Part shown: positions 17,703-24,879 of the stretch, one piece after another
Numbering within the stretch: position 1 is the stretch's first letter
Layout: every line of letters starts with the position of its first letter
Origin: Planctomycetia bacterium
Lineage (GTDB): Bacteria; Planctomycetota; Planctomycetia; Pirellulales; UBA1268
DNA length: 38,953 nt
NCBI GenBank assembly: GCA_009926295.1
Contig: RFPF01000002.1
Location: 1 to 38,953 of the forward strand
Reading direction: 5' to 3'
Position numbers and translations under genes: made by a program
Notes under the pieces: model-generated
The model's input: the letters and a program-made list of their open reading frames with translations, nothing else
What the model was told of the DNA's origin: nothing
Database searches by the model: none

Positions 17703-18300
17703 TCAGACGAGGCCGCGGCGGACGGCCCAGACGGCGGCCTGCGTGCGGTCCGACACCGCGATCTTCCGCAGGATGTTCTGCACGTGCTCCTTCACGGTTT
17801 CCACGCTGATCGTCAGCGACTGCGCGATCTCCTTGTTGGAGAGGCTGCGTGAGGGGGATGTCGGGGTCGGCCGTGGCGACCCGGTTGGCCATCGTCGTGG
17901 CCACCCGGCGCAGCTCACCGGCCCGCATCGGAAGCTGTCCCGCCGCCGCGCCGGTGATCGAATTGATCAGTTCGGCACGGCTCGAACCCTTGAGCATGTA
18001 GTCGTGGGCACCCGCGGCCACGGCCCGGGCGACGTAGGTGGGGTTGTCGAAGGTGGAGAGCATGACACAGCGCACGTTCGGCATGTCGGCTCGAATCTTC
18101 TCCAAGGCGGCGAGGCCGTCTTTCCCGGGCATCCGGATGTCGAGAAGCACGACGTCGGGCTTGAGTTTTTTGGTGAGCTTCACGGCCTCGTCGCCGGTCG
18201 ACGCCTCGCCCACGATCTTCACCTCCGAGCCGGCGAGCAGGCTCACGAGCCCGCGGCGAACCACTTCATGGTCGTCTGCGATCACCACCTTCACTGCCAT
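17703..18300 (-). pseudogene. NarL/LuxR-family response regulator with REC and HTH in different frames; HTH helix 1 apparently deleted
   Basis: REC frame (ORF 17695..18309) starts at ATG 18300 after AAGAGGAAGAG: MAVKVVIADDHEVVRRGL..DVVLLDIRMPGKDG. The LuxR HTH LSNKEIAQSLTISVETVKEHVQNILRKIAVSDRTQAAVWAVRRGLV lies in another frame (ORF 17703..17918). The junction is near 17840-17850 (..DIPLTQ | LSNKEIA..). Confidence 0.6.
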
Positions 18301-18585
18301 CGCTCTCACTCTTCCTCTTTCTGCGACTCACCGCCGCTCAAAAGTCCGATCGCCCGCCCGACGCCGAGTGCCTGTCCAGCAATAGTGTACCTGAATCACG
18401 CTCAGAGATTCTTTCCCATCAGGAATATCACGCCAGAGAGCACGTAAATCCATCGGGCCACATTTGAAGAAAATTCCGCGAGGTTCCAACCACCCGGACG
18501 GGCGATGGCTGGCTTCGGCCTCGAGTCGCGTCCCCCCCTGCCCCGGCTCCCCCGAACGACGGGACACTTCGCGGTCGTGGCGGCG

Positions 18586-19536
18586 TCAACCGCCCGTCCC
18601 TCCGGCGCGGGCCGCGGCGAGCATTTCGTCGGCACCCGCTGCCCGCAACAGCCCAGCCACCCGGAGGCCGAGCGCCTCGGGTGTCTCGCCGGGCCTCGCC
18701 GTCTCGGCGGCGACGATCCTCCGGACAGTCGCGTTCGCCACGGCCAGCACGCAGCCTCCGAGATGCAGCCGGCCTTCCTCGCCGTGACGTGCCCAGCCAC
18801 CGATGGGGGCGAGGCATCCTCCGGCGAGGCAGCCGAGGAAGCTCCTCTCCGCCACGACGGCCGCATGGGTTTCCGCGTCGTCGAGGGCCCCGATCACTGC
18901 CAGCGTGGCTTCGTCGTCGGCACGCGCCTGCACCACGAGCGCCCCCTGGGCGATGGCGGGCCAGAATTCGTCCGGCTGCAGGACCTCCGTGATGCGAGAC
19001 TCGAGGCCGAGCCGCTCGAGGCCCGCCCCCGCGAGAACGAGCGCATCGAATTCACCGGCATCCAGCCGCCGGAGCCGCGAGTCGACGTTCCCCCGAACGC
19101 CGCGCACCTCGACATCGCCGCGGAGCATCCTCACCTGCAGGCTGCGCCTCACGCTCGACGTGCCCACGACTGCGCCCGGCGGCAGGGCCGCGAGCCCCAT
19201 GCCCAGGCGGCCCACCAGCACGTCGAAGGGCAGCGCCCGCCGCGGGACGCAGGCCAGTGACAGGCCGGGGGTTTCCGCCGTGGGAAGATCCTTGAGGCTG
19301 TGCACCGCCACATCGATCCGGCGGGCGAGCAACGCCGCCTCCAGCTCCCGCACGAACACGCCGTCGCCGCCGATCGTCGGCGTCCAGGCGTCGCCGCGCT
19401 CGTCACCACTGGTCGTGATCGTCTCGAGTTGCACCACGGCCCCGAGGAGCCGCAGCTGCTCGGCGATCAGGCCGGTCTGCGTGCGGGCGAGAAGGCTCGC
19501 CCGGGTGCCGATCCGGATGCCGGTCTGCGGCGTCAT
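18586..19536 (-). CDS. hemC: hydroxymethylbilane synthase (porphobilinogen deaminase)
   Basis: Last 316 aa of ORF 18586..20130, starting at ATG 19536 (GGAGG upstream): IRIGTRASLLARTQT, AVHSLKDLPT, GNVDSRLRRLDAGEFDALVLAGAGLERLGL, AERSFLGCLAGGCLAPIG. Confidence 0.9.
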   Translation of the reverse strand: MTPQTGIRIGTRASLLARTQTGLIAEQLRLLGAVVQLETITTSGDERGDAWTPTIGGDGVFVRELEAALLARRIDVAVHSLKDLPTAETPGLSLACVPRRALPFDVLVGRLGMGLAALPPGAVVGTSSVRRSLQVRMLRGDVEVRGVRGNVDSRLRRLDAGEFDALVLAGAGLERLGLESRITEVLQPDEFWPAIAQGALVVQARADDEATLAVIGALDDAETHAAVVAERSFLGCLAGGCLAPIGGWARHGEEGRLHLGGCVLAVANATVRRIVAAETARPGETPEALGLRVAGLLRAAGADEMLAAARAGGTGG

Positions 19537-20306
19537 GCGGGGACCTCCGTGCGCCACGCGTCGGCGGTGCGGTCGGCCATCGCCAGGGCGGCACCGAACA
19601 CGGCGGCGGCCCCCGCTTCGCGGAGGATGCGGCAGCAGGCGGCCAGGGTGGCACCGGTCGTGACGACGTCGTCGACCACGAGCACCCGCCTGCCCGCGAC
19701 GGACGAGCGCACGCGGAACGCCCCTGCGACGTTTCCCCCGCGTTCCTCCGCGGGCAGTTCGTTCTGCATCCGCGTGGCCCGGGTGCGCACGATCACGGCC
19801 CGGACGTCGCGTCCGATCGCCCAACCGAGCGGCCGGGCGATGTCTTCCGCCGAACTCGTGCCGCGAGACCAGCGCCGCCACCAGTGCATGGGCACGGGGA
19901 CCACGGCGTCGATTCCGGCGCGCTCGAAGAACGGCCGGTGCTTCTCCACGAGCAGGCGGGCCAACGCGGCGGCGAGGTCTTCCGCCCCGGGCCGTTTGAT
20001 CCGCAGGATCGCCTCGCGGAGAGGGTCGGCGTAACCGCCCAGGATCGCGATGCCCTCCCACTGCGGCCTGCGTCGGCCGCACGCCGAGCACCCGGCCCGT
20101 GGCGACACCTCCGCCGCAGCCGCGCCGCACCGCTGGCAGCGGGCCTGGTCATGGCGGAACTCCCGCGCGCACCGGCTGCAGAGGTCGCCGCCTTCGAGGT
20201 GCGACTCGCAGCGGCACCAGCGACACGAGGGTGGAAAGAGCAGATCGGCCCCCGCACCGGCCCAGCGGACCGCCCTCCGACGCCAGCGTCGTGCCCAGGA
20301 AATCAT
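19533..20306 (-). CDS. ComF-family protein (phosphoribosyltransferase domain with N-terminal Cys-rich region)
   Basis: ORF 19533..20408; ATG at 20306 chosen as start. CxxC pairs (SCRWCRC, CSRC, CQRCG, CSACG). PRTase motif RVLVVDDVVTTGATL. ATGA overlap with the hemC start. Confidence 0.75.
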   Translation of the reverse strand: MISWARRWRRRAVRWAGAGADLLFPPSCRWCRCESHLEGGDLCSRCAREFRHDQARCQRCGAAAAEVSPRAGCSACGRRRPQWEGIAILGGYADPLREAILRIKRPGAEDLAAALARLLVEKHRPFFERAGIDAVVPVPMHWWRRWSRGTSSAEDIARPLGWAIGRDVRAVIVRTRATRMQNELPAEERGGNVAGAFRVRSSVAGRRVLVVDDVVTTGATLAACCRILREAGAAAVFGAALAMADRTADAWRTEVPA

Positions 20307-20331
20307 CGGAATTGCGACCGTTCCGCTCAGA

Positions 20332-20360
20332 TTGACGGTGCCCCGGGCGCCTCCTATCCT
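20332..20360 (+). promoter_or_regulatory. candidate sigma-70-type promoter for the lptF/G-like gene
   Basis: TTGACG (20332-20337), a 17-nt spacer, then TATCCT (20355-20360), 54 nt upstream of ATG 20414. Sequence resemblance only. Confidence 0.35.
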
Positions 20361-20413
20361 CCCGCGCCCGCGGGCACGAATCACGTCCGCCCATCCCGCT
20401 GCATGCACGACCG

Positions 20414-21544
20414 ATGCTCATCGACCGCTACATCGCCCGGGCGCAGTTGCACGCCTTCGTGATCGTGTTCGTCAGTCTGGCAGGGCTGACGTTCGTTGTC
20501 GATGCCTTCACCAACATCGAGGAATTCATCGCCCACGGGGCCGAGGCCGGCGGCCTGTGGCGGGTGCTCGCCGGGTACTACGGCTGCCGCCTCGTCTCCT
20601 TCTTCGACGCCACCAGCCCGGTCATCGCACTGGCCAGCGCCATGTTCGCGCTCTCGTGGCTCGAGCGACACAACGAGCTGACCGCCCTCCTCGCGGCCGG
20701 GGTCACACGCTGGCGGATCGCGAGACCGGCCCTCGTGTTTGCCGCGGTGGTGAGCCTGCTCGCGATGGTGAATCGCGAGCTCGTGCTGCCGCAGATCCGC
20801 CACGCGTTCTCGCGCAACGCCCAGGATCTGCGCGGTGACGCCGCCCACCCGTTCGAAGCCCGCTACGACCACCGCACCGAGATCCTGTTTCGCGGCCGCA
20901 CCGCTCAGATGGGTCGCTGCCGGATCGAGGCACCCAGCCTGCTCCTGCCGCCGGCGCTCGCGGAGTACGGCCCGCAGATCGATGCCGCGGAGGCGTTCTG
21001 GATGCCCGCGACCCCCGGGCGCCCGGCCGGCTACCTGCTCGTCGGCGTGACCGAGCCGGCCGACGTCGACAGGCTCCAGCCGCTGGCGGCGGGCGACGAC
21101 GTGGTCGTCCTCACGCGCTCGACCGCGTCGTGGCTCGAACCGGGGCAGTGCTACGTCGTCAGCGACGTCTCGTTCGAACAGATGATCGGCTCCACGAACT
21201 GGAGCCAGTATTCCTCGACGCCGGACCTTGTCGGAGCGATCGCCAATCCGAGCCTCGGCGTGGGAGCCGACGTGCCGCTGCGGGTCCACGCCAGGTTCGT
21301 GGCGCCCGTGCTCGACATGTCGCTGGCGGTGCTCGGCATCCCGCTCGTGGTCGGCCCGAACCGCCGCGGCATCTTCGTCGCCGTCGGGTCGTGCGTCGCG
21401 ATGACCGTGCTGTTCTTCCTCGTGACGATGGGCTGCCACGCGCTCGCGACCGGCTACCTGCTGAGCCCGTCGCTCGGGGCGTGGCTCCCGCTGCTCGTCC
21501 TCGCCCCACTCGCCGCCTGGCGCGCCCAGCCGCTGTGGCAGTGA
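20414..21544 (+). CDS. LptF/LptG (YjgP/YjgQ) family permease
   Basis: 376-aa ORF. MLIDRYIARAQLHAFVIVFVSLAGLTFVVDAF..., ERHNELTALLAAGVSRW-like block (NELTALLAAGVTRWRIARP), multiple TM segments. Confidence 0.75.
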   Translation: MLIDRYIARAQLHAFVIVFVSLAGLTFVVDAFTNIEEFIAHGAEAGGLWRVLAGYYGCRLVSFFDATSPVIALASAMFALSWLERHNELTALLAAGVTRWRIARPALVFAAVVSLLAMVNRELVLPQIRHAFSRNAQDLRGDAAHPFEARYDHRTEILFRGRTAQMGRCRIEAPSLLLPPALAEYGPQIDAAEAFWMPATPGRPAGYLLVGVTEPADVDRLQPLAAGDDVVVLTRSTASWLEPGQCYVVSDVSFEQMIGSTNWSQYSSTPDLVGAIANPSLGVGADVPLRVHARFVAPVLDMSLAVLGIPLVVGPNRRGIFVAVGSCVAMTVLFFLVTMGCHALATGYLLSPSLGAWLPLLVLAPLAAWRAQPLWQ

Positions 21545-21694
21545 TGCCGGTCGTGAGGATTCGAGCGCGGGCGCCGCGGCCGGCAAACCCGTCCCAGCCC
21601 GCCGCAACCCCGGAGCCCGCAAGGGCTTCCGCATCCCTTCTCTTTCGCCAGTCCTTTTTTCTCTACCCGGACCCCCACCGCTGCCGATGCCATT

Positions 21695-21752
21695 GGTACG
21701 AACGGGAGTTCGGTCGGAGAGCGGGTCGTACCCGCCCTCACTCGGCGAAGGA
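21695..21752 (+). promoter_or_regulatory. fliW leader: 7-bp stem (GGTACGA/TCGTACC) whose loop carries two GGA motifs, plus a third GGA in the Shine-Dalgarno; candidate CsrA sites
   Basis: Stem arms at 21695-21701 and 21726-21732. GGA at 21705-07, 21716-18 and 21750-52 (GAAGGAG, 12 nt before ATG 21764). Confidence 0.3.
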
Positions 21753-21763
21753 GTGCCACTGTC

Positions 21764-22204
21764 ATGCGGATCAACACCACCAGATTCGGGCGGATCGACG
21801 TCGATGCCGCCGATGTCCTGACGTTTCCCAGCGGAGTGCCCGGGCTCGAGGACTGCCGCGAATGGGCCCTGCTCGCCGACGCGTCGAACGACGCGCTGGG
21901 CTGGTTGCAGAGCACCACCCGCGGAGACGTCGCCCTCGCGGTGGTCAGCCCGCGTCGGTTCGTGCCCGACTACCAGGTACGCATCCCGCGCAGTGAACTT
22001 GCGCCCCTCGCCATAGGCGACATCCGCCAGGCGCAGGTCGTGCTCGTCGTCAGCCAGAACGGCAAATCCCTCACGCTCAATTTGAAGGCGCCAATCGTCA
22101 TCAACCTCGAAGCCCGCACCGGCCGTCAGGTCGTCGCGAGCGGCGAGCTGCCGATGCAGTACGAACTCACCACCCACCAACCCTCGCTCAAAAAGAGCGC
22201 ATAA
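21764..22204 (+). CDS. fliW: flagellar assembly factor FliW (CsrA antagonist)
   Basis: 146-aa [70 protein letters not shown]. Located directly upstream of csrA. Confidence 0.85.
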   Translation: MRINTTRFGRIDVDAADVLTFPSGVPGLEDCREWALLADASNDALGWLQSTTRGDVALAVVSPRRFVPDYQVRIPRSELAPLAIGDIRQAQVVLVVSQNGKSLTLNLKAPIVINLEARTGRQVVASGELPMQYELTTHQPSLKKSA

Positions 22205-22242
22205 TTGCCAGTACGACGGCGGCTTTCGCCGGCGTCACGAAA

Positions 22243-22256
22243 GGATTCAGGAAGGA
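22243..22256 (+). promoter_or_regulatory. three GGA motifs over the csrA ribosome-binding region (AAGGATTCAGGAAGGA); candidate autoregulatory CsrA site
   Basis: GGA at 22243-45, 22250-52 and 22254-56, which is 8-21 nt upstream of ATG 22264. Confidence 0.35.
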
Positions 22257-22263
22257 CCCTCCG

Positions 22264-22548
22264 ATGCTCGTACTTTCCAGGCAACGCGACGAAAGCATCA
22301 TGATCGGCGACAACATCGTCGTCACGATCGTGGACATCCGGGGGGACAAGGTTCGCCTGGGCATCAACGCGCCGTCCGAGATTCCGGTGCATCGCCAGGA
22401 GGTCTACGAGGCGATCCAGCGGGAAAACCTGCGGGCCTCGCGGCTCGAGCCGGGCGACACGCAGGGCATCGGCCGGCTCGCCGGCCGCGGTCCGGCCAAC
22501 GGCCAGCCGGCTCCGCAAAACCGCCCCTCGGACGGCCCGCGTCGGTAG
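22264..22548 (+). CDS. csrA: carbon storage regulator CsrA (94 aa, long C-terminal tail)
   Basis: [51 protein letters not shown]. Confidence 0.92.
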   Translation: MLVLSRQRDESIMIGDNIVVTIVDIRGDKVRLGINAPSEIPVHRQEVYEAIQRENLRASRLEPGDTQGIGRLAGRGPANGQPAPQNRPSDGPRR

Positions 22549-22590
22549 CGGACGTGTGGGACACGCTTCAGCCTGTCGCCTTCACGCGTC

Positions 22591-22731
22591 CAATCCGGCT
22601 CGGGGTTGCCCCGTACCATTTCGCCGGACGTTCACTGCGCCCTCCGGGCTGCGTTCACTCCGACTGACTGGCGCTGCGCCATCCATGGCTTCGCTGGTCA
22701 GTCAAGCCGGCTCAAGGGTAGGGGCAACCCC
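22591..22731 (+). repeat. imperfect-palindrome repeat element, copy A (core 22602-22731)
   Basis: Termini GGGGTTGCCCC (22602-22612) and GGGGCAACCCC (22721-22731). Inner stem GACTGAC/GTCAGTC. Roughly 85% identical by eye to the reverse complement of copy C. Confidence 0.8.
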
Positions 22732-22760
22732 TCGCCTGCCCATTTCGAGTTGAGAAGGCT

Positions 22761-23015
22761 CGGGACTACCCATGCCTTCGAGCCGGGCTATGGGAGTGAG
22801 CGCAGCCATCTTCACGCGAACACCCGGCATCGTGCCGCTGTTCGCTTTGCCGACCTCCGTCGGCTGGTAATCACCCGGGCCTCCAGCCCTATCGCCGCAG
22901 GCGTGGGAGCTGAGCTTCGCTCGGCGACCGTAAGCCGGAGCCGACGCCGGGACGGCGGTGACGGCGCGACAGCAAGAACGTCCGGCGAGATGGTATGGGG
23001 CAACCCCGAAGCCGG
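22761..23015 (-). repeat. degenerate, expanded copy D of the same repeat family in opposite orientation
   Basis: The 3' end AACGTCCGGCGAGATGGTATGGGGCAACCCCGAAGCCGG matches copy C's GAGCGTCCGGCGAGATGGTGGGGGCAACCCCGAGCCGG. The 5' part (CTACCCATGCCTTCGAGCCGG..GTGAG..AGCCAT) matches only with insertions. Confidence 0.45.
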
Positions 23016-23046
23016 CGCGTTGCGTCGAGAAAACCGCCCCGGATCC

Positions 23047-23628
23047 TCACGTGGAAAAATACGGGGGCTCGTTGCCCGGCTTCCACTTGATGTTGCAGCC
23101 CAGGCTCGGGCGCTGGTCGGCGGGCACGGGCCGGCCGGCCAACACCGCATCGAGGGCCGCACGGAGGTCGGCCCCGGTCACCGGGATGTCGTTGCCGGGG
23201 CGGCTCGCGTCGAGTTGCCCGCGGTACACGAGCTTCCGTGCGCCGTCGAAGAGGAAGAAGTCCGGCGTGCAGGCCGCGTGGTAGGCGTGGGCCACCTCCT
23301 GGGTCTCGTCGTAGAGATACGGAAACACGTAGCCCCGCTCCTCAGCCTCGTGCACCATCTGCTCGGGCGAGTCGGCGGGATGGGTGGAAACGTCGTTCGA
23401 GCTGATCGCCACGACGCCGATGCCCCGCGGCAGGTAGTCGCGGCCCAGCTTCGCCAACTCGTCGGCCACGTGTTTGACGAACGGGCAATGGTTGCAGATG
23501 AACATCACGAGGGTGCCCTGCACGCCCGCGGCATCGGCGAGGCCGACCATGCGACCGTCCACATCGGGCAGGGAAAAGTCGGGGGCCGGCGTGCCGAGCG
23601 GCAGCATCGTGCTGGGGGTTCGAACCAT
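23047..23628 (-). CDS. thioredoxin-fold protein (AhpC/TSA, PRX-like family)
   Basis: ORF 23047..23691; ATG at 23628 chosen as start. GTPAPDFSLPDVDG, redox motif FICNHCPFVKH, YLYDETQEVAHAY, GCNIKWKPGNEP. Confidence 0.8.
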   Translation of the reverse strand: MVRTPSTMLPLGTPAPDFSLPDVDGRMVGLADAAGVQGTLVMFICNHCPFVKHVADELAKLGRDYLPRGIGVVAISSNDVSTHPADSPEQMVHEAEERGYVFPYLYDETQEVAHAYHAACTPDFFLFDGARKLVYRGQLDASRPGNDIPVTGADLRAALDAVLAGRPVPADQRPSLGCNIKWKPGNEPPYFST

Positions 23629-23662
23629 GGCGTGGTGCTCCGGGACGAGGGATTGACGCGGA

Positions 23663-24436
23663 TCAGGTCTCGACGAACAGGCGGCGGGCATTGGCGGTGG
23701 TCGCCGCGGCGAATTTTTCCAGCGGCTCGCCGCGGGCGATGGCGAGACACCGGGCGGTGTGCACGAGGTGCGCCGGCTCGTTGCGGCGGCCGCGGAACGG
23801 CTCCGGAGAAAGAAACGGGCTGTCGGTCTCGATGAGCAGCCGCTCGAGGGGCACGGTCTTCGCCACCTCGCGGAGTTCCGCCGCTGAACGGAACGTCACC
23901 ATTCCCGCGAAGCCGATGTGGCACCCGAGATCGACCGCCTCGGCCGCCTCGGCGGCGGTGCCCGTGAAGGAGTGGAGCACGACCGTGAGCGGCCCGCGGG
24001 CGACGGCCTCGCGGAGCATGTCGAGCGCGTCGCGGATGCTCTCTCGCGTGTGCACGACGAGCGGCAGGCCGAGCTTTTGGGCGAGGCGGATATGCCTCGC
24101 GAAAAACTCCCGCTGCAGGTCCCGCGGAGCGGCGTCGCGGTACCAGTCGAGGCCGGTCTCGCCCACGGCCTTGGCCCGGCCGCTGGCCAGCAGCCGCAGG
24201 ATACGATCCCATTCATCGGGATCGGTTTCGTGGACGTCGTTGGGGTGGATGCCGGCCGCGCACGTGATGCCCGGCTCGCGGGCGGCGAGGTCGGCGGCCG
24301 CCTCGCTGTCGGCGGCCCGCGTGCCGATCACCATCAGGCCCGTGATCCCCGCGGCCCGCGCCCTCGCGACGACGGCTGGGAGATCATCGCCAAAGCGCAT
24401 CGGATCGAGATGGCAGTGGCTGTCGAAGAATTCCAT
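23663..24436 (-). CDS. tatD: TatD-family metal-dependent hydrolase
   Basis: 257-aa ORF. MEFFDSHCHLD, GIHPNDV, VGETGLDWY, LPLVVHTRES, VLHSFTG, ETDSPFLSPEP. Confidence 0.88.
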   Translation of the reverse strand: MEFFDSHCHLDPMRFGDDLPAVVARARAAGITGLMVIGTRAADSEAAADLAAREPGITCAAGIHPNDVHETDPDEWDRILRLLASGRAKAVGETGLDWYRDAAPRDLQREFFARHIRLAQKLGLPLVVHTRESIRDALDMLREAVARGPLTVVLHSFTGTAAEAAEAVDLGCHIGFAGMVTFRSAAELREVAKTVPLERLLIETDSPFLSPEPFRGRRNEPAHLVHTARCLAIARGEPLEKFAAATTANARRLFVET

Positions 24437-24439
24437 GGC

Positions 24440-24871
24440 TCAACCGGCCGCCGGCGCCGCTCGCGCCAGAACCTGCCGGAGCACGTCGAGGTGGGCACGG
24501 GTCGACGCGATCGCCTCGCCCACGAGCCCGGCGTCCTCGGAACCAGGCCCCGCAGCCACGGCCTTCTCCAGTTCGGCGGCCTGCGCCTCGAGGCCGGACA
24601 GGATCCGAGGCAGGAGCGCCCGCAGGTCGAGGTCGTGCGTCGCGGTGAACTGGATCGGATACGGATGCCGGGGAACGTCCGCGCCGCGGTCTTCGAGGAT
24701 CGCTCCGGCCCGCTCGACGAGGCTGCGGTGGTCGTCGACGAGATCCGCGAGCGCGAGCTTGATCTCCTCCGCGCCGGGGTACGACCAGATTCCAGCATCC
24801 GCCACGTACATCGCGAGCGACGAGCCGAGGAGCGAGACGAGCCGCTGAAGGGGTGTTTGGCAATGGCTCAT
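24440..24871 (-). CDS. hypothetical protein (143 aa) tightly linked to nuoN and tatD
   Basis: C-terminal part of ORF 24440..28084. ATG 24871 lies 8 nt after the nuoN stop, and its stop lies 3 nt before the tatD start. Plausible composition (MYVADAGIWSYPGAEEIKLALADLVDDHRSLVERAGAILEDRG). No motif I recognise. Confidence 0.55.
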   Translation of the reverse strand: MSHCQTPLQRLVSLLGSSLAMYVADAGIWSYPGAEEIKLALADLVDDHRSLVERAGAILEDRGADVPRHPYPIQFTATHDLDLRALLPRILSGLEAQAAELEKAVAAGPGSEDAGLVGEAIASTRAHLDVLRQVLARAAPAAG

Positions 24872-24879
24872 GGTGGCGG

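Noticed and set aside
21612-21662. An intrinsic terminator after the lptF/G gene (stem GAGCCC-GCAA-GGGCTT with a T-run at 21654-21662).
   Set aside because: The stem is short and includes a G-U pair, and the T-run lies about 25 nt away from it. This is not a convincing rho-independent terminator.
22602-22731. The palindromic repeats as integron attC sites or dif-like Xer targets, given the XerC/D gene in the window.
   Set aside because: The termini do not fit the attC R''/R' cores (RYYYAAC / GTTRRRY). No integron integrase or cassette structure is present, and the recombinase gene is more than 5 kb away and unlinked.
22556-22753. Short ORFs overlapping the palindromic repeats (22556..22753 +, 33252..33506 +, and the 5' part of 33418..33945 -), which share similar peptides (..LRSLRLTGAAPSMASLV..).
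   Set aside because: The similarity simply reflects the DNA repeat. The composition is GC-noise-like, the starts are non-ATG or absent, and the differences between copies are compensatory in stems rather than synonymous.
22549-23046. A CsrB-like GGA-rich sponge RNA directly downstream of csrA.
   Set aside because: I count about 8 GGA motifs in roughly 498 nt on the plus strand. That is about what is expected by chance at this base composition (around 9), and the motifs are not positioned in hairpin loops.
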